A stretch of 64,000 nucleotides of DNA from Octopus sinensis (taxonomy: Eukaryota), in assembly GCF_006345805.1 (NCBI RefSeq), contig NC_043026.1, forward strand, positions 7,812,001 to 7,876,000, in the 5' to 3' direction. A program made the position numbers and the translations under genes. This document shows positions 49,836 through 61,750 of this stretch, in pieces. The notes beneath the pieces are model-generated. The model did not search any database. It was not told where the DNA came from and saw nothing but the letters and a program-made list of their open reading frames with translations. The first letter of the stretch is position 1. Every line of letters starts with the position of its first letter.

Positions 49836-50029
49836 GTGCTGAGCAGTAAACTGATGCCAACAGGTGAGGAGGTTGGGGTCCAGCACAGTGCCAAGCGTTT
49901 CTGTGAGGACTTCCTACTGGCTGGTGGCCTGGCGTTAGTGATGCACATCCTTCAGCCAGAAGCCATGGTAACAGACGTACCATACGCCATACGTCAGGCA
50001 GCATACTCCATATCTTTACAGTTAACCAA
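49836..50029 (+). CDS. USP24: USP24 exon (VLSSKLMPT...FCEDFLLAGGL...SISLQLT)
   Basis: tgcag acceptor, AA|gtaagt donor, 194 nt, phase 0-2. Confidence 0.95.
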
Positions 50030-50906
50030 GTAAGTTCAGATGCAAATTTACTTATGCTGTACAGCTTCATGCACACATGGACCCTAAGGGACTGCCTCTA
50101 TGGGGCCACCCAGCATGGTGGAAATAAGAACCAAATCTTCAAATTACACTTTGTTCTAGAAACTGAAAGGGATCTTTGAACGATGTTATCTTTGGTGTAG
50201 AAAATGGAAAGATCATGGTTGGAATGTCTGTGATCATAGGTCTGTTGGGTAGTTGACAGCAGTATGGATAATGGACATATCAATAATTGGGCTACTTGAT
50301 GTGAAGGGCCTGGAGAAGGGAGCAAAGGATAGAGATCTAATACATCTCTATTTTATGTATTAGATTATCCAAAATTCTAACTGCCTCTTTTTCGTAATAT
50401 ACAAAATTTGTACACCACTTCAAACACACACACACACACTGACATATATTTTATATATATAAAATCTATCTGTAATCTCCTTTTCGGGGTCAATCAAATA
50501 AGTACCAGTTACGCACTGGGGTCAATGTAATCGACTTAATCCCTTTGTTTGTCCCCTCTATGTTTAGCCCCCTTTTGGCAATAAGGAAATCTACCTATTA
50601 TAATGTGTGTATGAAAGCTTGATCTGAACGAAAATTACTGTTCTGGGACAAATCCCTTGGTGTAGTTCCTCCTCCTCTGCCTTTATCAAAGTCCACTTTG
50701 TATCAAACGTGTGTCCAGGACCCAAATTTCACACTCTTTTCCCATTCCTCAAACATTTATGTTTGTGCTAAAATATTGCTTCACCTGATTGCACAGCTGG
50801 GTAAAAGAAAAACCTTTCTTCCTTCATCATCCAGCAGTTTATCCTTGTCAATGTGATACCCTGAGGTGGCCCTCAGTTGTATATGCTCTGTTTTTTCTTT
50901 TGTTAG

Positions 50907-51048
50907 ATTCTTGTTGTGTGGTCAAACAGTAACTGGTGAAGTGTATTTCCCCCTGTCCCCTCAGGTGAAAACTACTCCCAGTGGAGCCAACTGGATTGGT
51001 AGTATGAATGTGGAGCCATCAACTGGAGCCGGTAGCAGGGCTCTACAG
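50907..51048 (+). CDS. USP24: USP24 exon (FLLCGQT...GSRALQ)
   Basis: gttag acceptor, CAG|gtacct donor, 142 nt, phase 2-0. Confidence 0.88.
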
Positions 51049-53216
51049 GTACCTCACTTTCACATCCAAAATTCCATTCATTTTGGAAGTCTTTGTCTTT
51101 TATTATTTTTCTTTGTTAACCTTTTTGTTCAGATCAGTTACAATATGAAGTCTCTACTCCTTATTCATGCACCCTTCACTATATTCTATGAAATCCCATT
51201 TATATTCTGATCCCTGCAACTTCACCACCATTTCTCTTTCTTCCTTTCTCTTGCACCCTTCTCTCTATCTCTCTCTCTCTTTCACACTCCTACTCTCTTT
51301 CTCTCTCTCACATTCTTGATCACTCTTTCTTTCTTTTGCTCTCTCCCTCTGATTGGCTGACCAGGTATCTCCTCTACACCAACACACCTGTTCCTATCAC
51401 TTTAATCTCATCACCTGGCACAAGGTCACTTTCTCCAATGCACCCCCCCCCTTTCTGAGGATCTTTGTCTTGTGAGTTACTTGGTGACTGCCATCTGGAT
51501 TGGTGCCTTGTAGAAAGCATCCAGCCCACACTGTAAAGTGGTTGGCATTAGGAAGGGCATCCAGTTGTAGAAACCATGCCAAAGTAGACCTTGCTGGTGC
51601 TGGTGCCATGTATAAAGCACTCAGGCCACTCTATAGGGTGGTTGGCATTAGGAAGGGCATCCAGCCATAAAAAAACCATGCCAAAACAGACACTGAAGCC
51701 CAGTGCAATCGTCTGGCTTGCCAGCTTCTGTCAAACTGTCCAACCCATGCCATCATGGAAAACAGACATTAAATGATGATGATGAATACACTATCTATGA
51801 ATTTCAGTTACTTTTGAAATTAATCTAGACTGGAGGGGTATTTAGTAGCTACCTGATTAAGATATTTGCCTCCCAACCATGTGGTTTTAAGTTCAGTCCC
51901 ATTGCATGATATCTTGGGCAAATGTCTTCTGTTGTAGTCCAGACTAAAGCCTTGTCAGTGGATTTTGTTGGCGGAAGCTCATTGTATACGCACATACACA
52001 GGCAAATTAAAAATAACAAAAGTCAAAAGGATGTACACATGGAATGTGTTAGCTTGACACTCAGTCTCAGATGAAAAAAGGAGAGTAATGGTTCAAGCAT
52101 GGCTCTTTGTTAGAAAGAGAGAAGAGGAAAAGTCCAAGGAAAGCAGGTGTGTAGTTACAAGGCTCACACACACAAGTTACCATCATTATCATCATCGTTT
52201 GACATCCATTTTCCCTGTATGCATGGGTAGGACAGTTGACAGGAGCCGGCTAGGTAGAAGACTACCCCATGCTGCTGTGTCTGTTTTGGCAGGGATTTTA
52301 TGGCAGGATGCCCTTCCTAACATCAACCCTTCCACAGAGTGGACTTGGTGCTTTTTACATGACACTAGCACAGGCAAGGTTAGTTTTGGCATGATTGTTA
52401 CAACTGGATGTCCTTCCAAATGCCAACCACTTCACAGTGCGGAATGGATGATTTTTAAGGCAGGTTTACCAAGTAACTCGCAAGACAAGGGATTATGAGA
52501 AGGGAGCTTCTCTGTGTATATATATGTGTATATATAAATTAGACACAAACAGCTATTTAGTTATTCATCAACAGTGAAAAGATATTATCTATAATAACCA
52601 CATAGAAATTAATTAAATATTTTATAATTATTATTCTAAAATTCTCATAACAAATCAAACATTAAATTGACTTCGCACATTTCAATACTAAATACATAAA
52701 TCGATAATATTAAAATTTAATTTTTAAAAATTTTAAATTCAATATTAATTCAATTTAAAAATATTTAGCCACTCTTCAAATCAAAAAAATAACATAAATA
52801 AATTTAGATATTATAATAAAATAATAAATATATAAATGTATTAGCTTGGAATTATTACATTCCCTGACTATTAATAATATTGTAAGTATGTGTGTGTATG
52901 ATTGTGTCTCATTGTGTGATACTTGTTACCCATCTTTTATACACCCGCTTGGTGTTTTACTGACAGGGAAATGTATACATGAGTTGTTAGTTGCTTTCAT
53001 TCATTCTTTTCCAATGTTTATTGTTCTGTTTATTATCCCCTCCCCCACCCAACTCAGACTTCATATTTTCATATAAAATTTCTTACTTTATGCATGAGAA
53101 TTTAATTATAATCAAATTTACAATTGATTTTAAATTGGGCTTAATGAATTGATTTTAATTAAGCTATAATCATGCTATTGTAATTAAGCTAATCTTTTTC
53201 CCTTTCTATTTATCAG

Positions 53217-53370
53217 ACTATGTCAGTGGAAGATTTTGGAGAGACAGTGGCCTGTCTGATGCGCATCACATGGGCCGCAGCTGCAGGTCGCCTTCATTTG
53301 ATGAGCGTTCCCCAACCGATTAGAGAGAGCACTGTTGCCACGGGCCGACGCAGTCGTCAAAGTAGTACAG
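53217..53370 (+). CDS. USP24: USP24 exon (TMSVEDFGETVACLMRITWAAAAGRL...QSST-G)
   Basis: atcag acceptor, G|gtaatg donor, 154 nt, phase 0-1. Confidence 0.95.
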
Positions 53371-55906
53371 GTAATGGGGTGTGGTCACATGCTATGCTTA
53401 CAGGATTAAGAACTTCATTTTGCAACCGTTTGTGTCTGTGCAACACCCCAGGCCAACATGTTTTGGGACCATGATCTTCTTTCAGTCATTGGACTGTGGC
53501 TATGCTGGGGTACTGTCTTGAGGAGTCTAGTTGAACCCCAGTTCAAATGGGTCTGGAAATTATTTTATTGGTCTATTTTGTTGAATAGCGAACTTAATGG
53601 GGGTGTAAACAAACCAACACCAATTGCAAGCATTGGAAACACACACACTCACACATAGATATATGATGGGCTTCCACACAGTTTCCATCTACTAAATTCA
53701 CTCACAAGGCATTGGTCAACCCCAAAGCTTTAGTAGACAGTACCACACAATGAGACTGAACCCCAAACCACATGATTGCAAAACAATCTTCTTCACCACA
53801 CAGGCAAGCTGACCCTTAGTATCACCATTATGTTATGTTTGCTTTCCATGCTGGCATGGGTTGGACTGGTCGTCATGATCCAATTCCTGCTCCCACACAC
53901 TGCTTCCTCTCCCCATCCTCTTCACAGAGTTTTATTTTCTAGTGGTGCCCACACCTGAAAGATTGTCAACTTCTTAGTTAAACAGGACTAAATGGTTGCC
54001 TTAATTGTACTTTTTTTCTGCTTGCTTGCCATTTCTCTGATAGTGCACCAGGGTTAGACATTTCACTGTGACCCCAGCACAAAAGTTGGGGTAATAGGGA
54101 GTTTCGCAGTAAACATTATTGCTGCAGGAAAATTTGCTGTTAAAAATAAAATAAATTGCTGAAAAAAATATAAAAGATTGGCTGTTTCTTTAAAATGGCA
54201 ACTTCATCAACGAACCTGCTAAATAGAGAAAGGTAATTTCTTTAAAATGACAGTCTGCGTGGATGCCTCCTTTTTTCAGGGAATTTTCCGGACATGCAAG
54301 AGTGATCAGCTTGTGCTCTGTAAACGTAAAGGGCCTTCATTATGCCAAGTCATGTGTGTTTGTTGAAGAGAATGTGATTGGGAGCAGGGAGAGAGAGAGA
54401 GAGAGAGAGCAATGAGTGAGGAAGGGGGGCAAAAGAGATAAGAGTTTGCAGACTGGGACAAAGAGGGCAGTGATGGTCAAAAGCAGGGTGATGGGTAATA
54501 ATATATATGTGGGTGGTGGTATGGCTAAGTTTTCCTTACAACAACAAGGTTCTCTATCGAATTTCTTGTGCAGCATCTTGGGCAAGTATTTTCTACATTT
54601 GCCTTATGTTGGCCTATGCTTCATGTGTGAAATTTGGTTGGTGGAAACTGTATGGAAGCCTATCACCTTAGTTTGTCTTCTGATCGGTGGTTTGGTTATG
54701 TTGCTTTGAACAGAGACAATTTAGGATTGATTCATTAGTCTTGTAGATGATGAGGTCCCTTCACTGACATTGGTGCCGATAAAAAATGAACCTCTGTAAA
54801 GGTGGGTGTTGATGCTAATAAGGGTATCCAGCTGTAGAAAGCAAGCCAAGTGTGGTTCTCTGGCCTTGTCCAAAAGAAGAAAGGTTGTAACTCTGAATAA
54901 GAATTGGCTTGGTCCATGAACAACCATCCCAGCTGTGTCACAATGCAAGAAAAAGTTCTGTTATGCCCCTTTACTCCAATGCTGGGTTTAGCCAACCTAA
55001 ATCAATAAAGATCTGTGAAATAAATACCAGATTAAGTACTGCAGTCAATATAAAATTGAGTGCAGTACTCCAGCATGGCCTTAGTTTTGTTTTCCATTGA
55101 TCATCCTCATTTTTATGTTTGCTTTTGATGTTGGCAAGGGTTTGGATGATCATTAGGCTCCAAACAGTTGTTTATTTAAAGTTATTGCCCTTGAAGATGG
55201 CTCCTTCGTCCCATCTTGTGTTTCTAGTATTTTTTAGCCTGATATTATGCCGCTTCTTAACTTCAACCTCATTACAGATAGCGCTTTGTGCATTTTCTTG
55301 TCGCACCAGCTCTGGAGAGGTTGTCCTGTCCTCTCCATTTTGTTTTTTCTCACCAGTCCCCTTACAGGGTGTACCTGGCATTAACATGAGGTGTTCTCTT
55401 GCCCCCAAACCCTACATTGTCTCTCTTCATTTGCTCATTTACACAGTATGCTCAATGCATTCTGTTGTGGCTCTAGGAGTTGACTATTTTTGTCTCTGGT
55501 AAGACTATAGTCCTGTCTACCTAATGTTTGTCTCTTTTGTTTGTCATTCCTTTTACAAAGTGGAATGAGTACATTTTATCCTGGCACCAGCATTGATGAG
55601 GCTACCTGTTTCCAGCAAGACCATAAAGCTTTTTCTACTCTATGTTGTCTGTGTATAGACCCTTGATTAAATGTCATTTTGGAAGCTCTTAACTTTGTGT
55701 TGCTAAAACAGCTGAGTCATAGATAACTTCCTTGATTTCGATGGAATTGTGGCTTAAAATAAATTCATTTAACTGAACATTATTCTTAGATCTTTAATGA
55801 ACCATGAAAGTTTATATAAAATTAATTAGAGTTAAGCTAAATATATATTGCTATGCAGAATTAATGAAAATCTCATTAATGATTTTTTTTTTGCTGGTAT
55901 TTTCAG

Positions 55907-56062
55907 GTAGTACTGGTAGTACAGGAAGTGACAGTGAGGGCCAAACCCTTCATGCTGGTGTTTGTGCCCAGCAAGCCAACACAAGTACCAAAGATTGTAA
56001 GATTGCATGTGAAGCCCTGGAGATTTTTGTAACCTGCCTGAAACTACGAAAGGAGCTGCTCT
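55907..56062 (+). CDS. USP24: USP24 exon (STGSTGSDSEGQTLHAGVC...VTCLKLRKELL)
   Basis: tttcag acceptor, T|gtaagt donor, 156 nt, phase 1-1. Confidence 0.94.
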
Positions 56063-57087
56063 GTAAGTGGGGTCCCTCTTCTCTTTAACTATTGGTTTCC
56101 CATTTTGGCTCAAGGCCTGCAATGTCAAGGGCAGGGACAAGTCAATTCCAGTGAGCCTAATGCTTGACTGGTATTCATTAATCCTGATAGAATGATAGGC
56201 AAAGCTGATCTTGGTGGAATTTGAACTGAGTATGTTCATCATCATTGTTTAATGTCTGCTTTCTATGCCGGCATGGGTTGGACGGTTTGACTGAGGACTG
56301 GTGAGCCAGAAGTCAACACCAGCCTCCAATCTGATTTGGGAATGTTTCCTACAGCTGGATGCCCTTCCTAACACCAACCAGTCTGAGAGTGTAGTGGGTG
56401 CTTTTTACATGGCACTGGCATCAACCAGACTTGAATGGTGCTTTTTATGTGCCACCAGCATGGGAGCAAGTCAGGCAGCACTGGCAACAGCCATGCTCGA
56501 AAGGTGCGTTTTACATGCCACTGGTATGAAACCAGTTAGGCGGCACTGGCATGACCACATTCATATGGTTCATTTTATATGCCACCAGCATGGGAGACAG
56601 TCTGGTGGGACTGGCATTGACCATACTTAAAAGGTGCTTTTTAGGTGCAAACCCAGAAAGATGAAAGACAAAGTCAACCGTAACAGTATTTAAATTCAGA
56701 ATTTAAAGTGCCATAGCTAAATATCACAAGGAATTTTGTCCAATGCCCTAATAATTCTGCCCATCTACCTACTCCCTAACGATTACAGCAATCCACTGAG
56801 AACAATAGTAATATTAATTTATGTGTTAATATAAAACCACAGTACAAATGTACAATCCCCCCCCCCACTTAGCTTTTTACATACAAAGCAAGAGTAAAAT
56901 TTATTATAGAAAAAATCGATAATTTATGAACCTAAAATTTTAATTGATTAATATTTCTACAAAGCTATCTCTGTTAAATTTAATTCTGCACGTGTCAAAT
57001 AGAAAAAGATGTATGTAAAGGCAAATGAAAGGCTGCTTAGCATTTTGCCTGGCATGCTAATGCTTCTGCCAGCTTGCTGCCATAATA

Positions 57088-57118
<31 letters not shown>

Positions 57119-57643
57119 TATAGATATTTTCGATCTAGTTAGGATTCTTTGCCATCAAATTTTTCAATTGGTGCTCAAGCCTTGAAAAAAAAAAAGAGTT
57201 AAACTGCATCAGCCGTAAGGGAATACATGTCTATCTTATCTAACTTGTCCAGTAGAGGCCACCAATTGATATCTGAAAAGTTCGATGAAATAACTCATGA
57301 ACACTGCCATAGCTTCTGCCAAAAGATGTTTCAACATATTTACGTCGTCGACTGGTCTGAACTAGGGGAGATAATAAACGAATGATTCTTTTCTATTATC
57401 TCCCCTTGTTCAGACCGGTCAACGACGTAAATATGACAGAAGCTATAGCAGTGTTCATGAGTTATTTCATCGAACTTTTCAGATATCAATTGGTGGCCTC
57501 TACTGGACCAGTTAGATAAGACAGACATGTATTCCCTTACGGCTGATGTAGTTTAACTCTCATTTTTTTTTCAAGGCTTGAGCATCAATTGAAAAATCCA
57601 AATTTGATTGCAAAGATTCCAAACTAGATTGAAAACATCTATA
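57119..57643. repeat. ~525-bp near-perfect palindrome (foldback/MITE-like) inserted in an (AAT)n tract
   Basis: Arms of ~255 bp, tatagatattttcgatctagtt... / ...aactagattgaaaacatctata, centre gaat-g-attc at 57380-57388; scattered substitutions and two small indels. Confidence 0.95.
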
Positions 57644-57661
57644 ATAATAATAGTAATAGTA

Positions 57662-58195
57662 AACATGGCTTCTGATCTTAACTGATTGGAAGTGTTATCA
57701 TGTACATTGTCTTCTTTTGATATAAAAGATGGCCTACAGCAAATATTCTGCTCAGTACCACAGATTTGCTTGTCAGCTGTTTGACCTTAACCTGTTGATC
57801 ATGTCCCTTAGTGGCTGACGATATGTGCATCTCTGATCACAAGCAGAAGTAGTGGGGGAGCATCATAGCCATGTGTTGAAAGGAATTCTTAGAGGTTTGG
57901 AAACATGGGTGGTTCATTCAACATCCTAAACCCTTATTCAGGGACCTTTTGAGTGGTTTGGGCTACTCGACCAGAAGAAAATTCTAACTGGGCCCCACCT
58001 GCAAGGTCATGTGCTGTTTATCTTGATATGAGATCACCATGTCGCACACATATGGTTGTGATGCTTGTGCCTGGTGTACCCTTATCAGACGGGTAGTCAT
58101 GATGGGTATACTGGGCTTCATATATTTTACCTCAGTTTCACTTTGATGGCATGAACTGCTCTCTCACTCAATAGTAATAATAATAATAATAATAA
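57662..58195 (+). mobile_element. Retroposon 3' UTR or SINE-like segment ending in an (AAT)n tail
   Basis: Ends ...actgctctctcactc-aatagtaataataataat; non-coding; family not determined. Confidence 0.5.
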
Positions 58196-58800
58196 GGAAA
58201 TTCAAAGAGAGCATGTCACAGATTGAAGAGAAACCTCTGCCTGGTCAATTTTGGGGAACCACTGAAGAAGTATGAGGAACAAAATCCTGGGTTTGGTTAA
58301 AAAAAGGAACATAGAGTCTAATTGTAGCAGCCAAGATCAAGCGATAAAAACGAACAACTTGAAAAATGTATTTGGGGAGAATGTGTCAGAAAAATGTAAG
58401 ATGTGTGGAACTTGGAATGCGACAGTGGCACACATTGTTACAGAATGTCCCGAGTTGGCACAAGAAAAGTATAAGGAATCATGACATGCACAAGAGTTTT
58501 ACAGTGGAGGCTTTGTCAGAAACAGGGAATTTAAGCTGGAGACATGATATTGGGTCGAAAGAATGCTGGAGTTGGAGAATTGTAAGAATTTGTGGGATTT
58601 CCCTATTCAAACGGACAAGAAACTAGAAAATAATCGGCCAAGCAACAATAATAGACAAGAAAAAATGAAGTTGCCAACTAATTGATCCATTTGATCCAGG
58701 ATCGTAAAGAAAGAAGACAAAAAAGAAAAAGTATATAATCCCTTAGAATTTGGAATATAGAAAGTAAAGGGTGTGCCTATAATTATTGGTGCACTGTTGC
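58196..58800 (+). mobile_element. Decayed R4/Dong-type (RLE) non-LTR retrotransposon, C-terminal fragment
   Basis: AAQDQAIKTN, zinc knuckle CKMC...VAHIVTEC, WDFPIQTDKKLENNRP, VPIIIGAL; begins right after (AAT)n, the known target of Dong-like elements. Confidence 0.8.
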
Positions 58801-59707
58801 AGTAGTTATTTCAGCTGTCTGAGTTCAAATTCCACTGAGGTCGACTTTGTCTTTTGTCTCTCCAGGGATCAATAAATAAGGAGCCAGTTTAGTATGGTGG
58901 ACTGGCAGAATTGGTAGAGTATATAACAATATTTTGTGACATATTCTGGCCATTTGCTCTCTCAGTTCAAATCCCACCCCAGTCTGCTTTAACGTCACTG
59001 TTTGCCATGTTGGGTGCCTTTGGTGGACCCCATCCTGTTTTGCAAGCGTTCATACCTCTCCACCCACCCAACTCCCTGCAGTGTTGGTGGCCCTGTAAAG
59101 AGTCATGGACCCTATGTTTCCCTCTTGATAGTGTAAGAATAAGGGATATAATGACAAGATGATATAATTGTCTAAATCCCTTAATGAAGGTGCTCCAGCA
59201 TGATTGCAGACTGAGAAAAAATCATTGGGATGAATATTGTCTTCAGACATAGTGTATCAAGGGCTATATTACCTTCTTTGTTATTGTTCAATCCCAGGTC
59301 AGTCCTATGATCAAAGATGCTTCAGCCATGACCATCCCGGCATTTGTTGTCTGGTCATGGCTTTACAGAGCCTCCAAGACTGGTAAAGAATTGGGGGAAG
59401 GAAGAAACTTTCCTTAGACCAGGGCCTGACTCTAATACTTGCAACAGAGTGGGCCCATGTGAAGGGCAATGAGGGACCACCAAATGGCTCTGCTAAACTG
59501 AATGACAGATAACCTAAAAACTAAAATAATTTTTTAAAACTGATATTTTCCTTTCAGTTGGAGAAAGAGAACAAACTTAGCAACAACTTTAACCTCTGTC
59601 AGAGAAAAAGGGGGAAATAATTTTGAAAAGTTAAGAATGAATCTTTTGATGTGTTCATCCATGTTGCATGTTGTTAAAACAGTCTTTATTGTTCTGTATT
59701 TATGTAG

Positions 59708-59948
59708 CGGTCTTCTACAGTTTGCCGTGTGTCAGTGACTTCATTACAGACATTTTGGTCGGTTCACCACAACTTGACATTCGAAATGCAGCCCTGGAAC
59801 AGTTCTACCAGCTGAGCCAGACGGAGCTGTTGCCTGCTGAGATCGATGACAGCAATATCAATCCTCACCAGTTCATGTTGAAAGTCTTGCTCAAGAGTCG
59901 ACTCCCATTTTGGGTCTCCTCCACTACAATCAGGGGCAGCAATCAAAG
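59708..59948 (+). CDS. USP24: USP24 exon (VFYSLPCVSDFITDILVGSP...IRGSNQ-R)
   Basis: tgtag acceptor, AG|gtgggt donor, 241 nt, phase 1-2. Confidence 0.94.
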
Positions 59949-60079
59949 GTGGGTGCAGTTTAACAACATTTAATCATTTCTCATTGTAATGTTTTGTCTT
60001 ATGGTCCCAGGGTGGAGCTGTTCTTTTGACTTTGCCTGAGAATTGAACTACTAGCATCACTGTCCTCAGGTTATTGCTC

Positions 60080-60400
60080 TTTAGCCCCAGGTAAGTCTTG
60101 ATCCAGTAGACCTATGACTAAAGAGGTTTCAACTATTACCATCCTTTCTTCAGGCATAGTGTATCTAAGACTACATCATCTAATGTGTCCTTCATTGTTG
60201 TTGTTTAGCCCCAGGTCAGACCTGATTCATTTTTGTGATCAAAAATATTCCAGTCATGACCATCCACCTTTTTTTCAGACATTGTGTATCTAGGACTACA
60301 TCATCTAATGTGTCTTTGTTTGTTGTCGACATTGTGTATCTAAGGCTATATCACCTTATGTGTCCTTTTCTCTTTTAAGACATGGGTTCAAGGATATTTT
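60080..60400 (+). repeat. Dispersed ~125-bp repeat occurring as short tandem arrays
   Basis: tttagccccaggtca..atgatcaaa..ttccagccatgaccatcc..gtgtatctaggactacat; also at ~2360-2480(-), 4980-5170, 39580-39840(-), 43230-43360(-), 59240-59340. Confidence 0.75.
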
Positions 60401-60713
60401 GCTGATCTCATCAATTGATCCATTAGAGATTTCATGTTTGGCTTGCAGGAATATTTGTATTTGTCAAAGTGGGCGGGGAGGCTTGCAAGGTGGACCTCTG
60501 TTATACTCTGCACATCAGGCCCTTTCTCTGACTGTCAACAAATAGGAAAAAAAAAACGACCCCATCATTGTCAGTAAGGGGTAGTATGTACCCAATGGGG
60601 TGGGGTCGGGGTACAGCACTTTTGTAATGCAATAGCAGTGGTGGGAGAATGATGGTGACACCGAAGATGTTAATTAATGTCAAATCCTGTTTTTTTCCTC
60701 TTCCTCCTCCCAG

Positions 60714-60775
60714 GTTACTCAATCAATGTTCGCAATACTTTGAACTTCGATGTCGTCTGCTGGAAAACCTATCTT
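60714..60775 (+). CDS. USP24: USP24 exon (LLNQCSQYFELRCRLLENLS)
   Basis: cccag acceptor, T|gtaagt donor, 62 nt, phase 2-1. Confidence 0.94.
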
Positions 60776-61309
60776 GTAAGTTTTTACACTTTTTCTCTTC
60801 AATTTTTAATCAATTTTGCTTCATTTTTGCATTTTTATTTTCCATCCCTAATAATCATGAGAAAATAGTTTCAAACCTTACCGTTGCCATTGTCCCATGA
60901 TCTTTATTCAATGTAGTTGAACACAAAAAAAAAAGATGGTTTTATTTTTCTGTGTGTGGAGAAATCTGTATTTACTTCCATTTACTTTAACCTGACTGTA
61001 GTAAATTCATCTCAGTTGAATAAACCCTGTTTTGGTTGAATTATCAATTATTTAATCATGCCACTGATATGCAAATTTCTACTGTTATTTCAGAGAGGTT
61101 TTTGTGGGGATAGAGGAATGGGGCTTATGTATCCCCTGGCAAGTAGCAAAACTGCCATGAAAGTGTCAAGGCAATCTCTTGTTTTTTTCTTTTCTTTTTC
61201 TGTGCAAAGTGAATAACAGTATTTATTTTCCATAGTTAAGGGGCTATGAACTTTTTTTGACTATATAAAATGTTTGTGTATGTGCATTTATATGTATATA
61301 TATATATGT

Positions 61310-61500
61310 TAGAAATGTACTGTTGGTGAATTTTCCTCCTCCCTTTTTCCTTCTGGTCTTTCCTGTTTCTGATGAAGAGTTTTGCTCAAAACGTAACACA
61401 ACTCCCTCCTTTCTCTGAGCCTCATATTCATACATTGCTTGTGCTATGTCCTCACGTTTGTTTGTTTTTTCCTTTTTCTTTTTTTTTTCTGTTTATTTTT
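61310..61500 (+). mobile_element. Short Penelope-like terminal-repeat element, hammerhead core mutated
   Basis: GTTT-CTGATGA-A-GAGT-ttt-GCTC-AAAA-CG-TA (61365-61398); the GAAA box is changed to AAAA. Confidence 0.55.
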
Positions 61501-61529
61501 TAACTCTGTATGTGTGTGTGTGTGTATAT

Positions 61530-61750
61530 ATATATAAAGTTAATCCAAACCTGAAAACACAAAGAGAAAACACATCAATGCGAGGGCGTGGAACAAGTAT
61601 AGTGTTATTGGACGCTCAGGAAAGGAAAGAAAGAAGGAGAATTTACCGTTTCGAGCAGAGCTCTTCGTCAGAAACATAGGAAAAGGAAAGGTCCAAGGAA
61701 GGGAAGATGGAGGAATAAAAAATCGCCAACGATACACATGCAGTCACAGA
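61530..61750 (-). mobile_element. Short Penelope-like terminal-repeat element
   Basis: Close match to 28170-28375; inverted relative to 61310-61500. Confidence 0.68.
61641..61675 (-). ncRNA. Candidate minimal type I hammerhead ribozyme
   Basis: Minus strand GTTT-CTGACGA-A-GAGC-tct-GCTC-GAAA-C-g-GTA-AAT: CUGANGA and GAAA boxes intact, 4-bp helix II, minimal helix III. Confidence 0.6.

Noticed and set aside
55907-55910. Alternative acceptor cag-gtag
   Set aside because: A 4-nt shift would break the reading frame; the upstream AG gives the correct phase.
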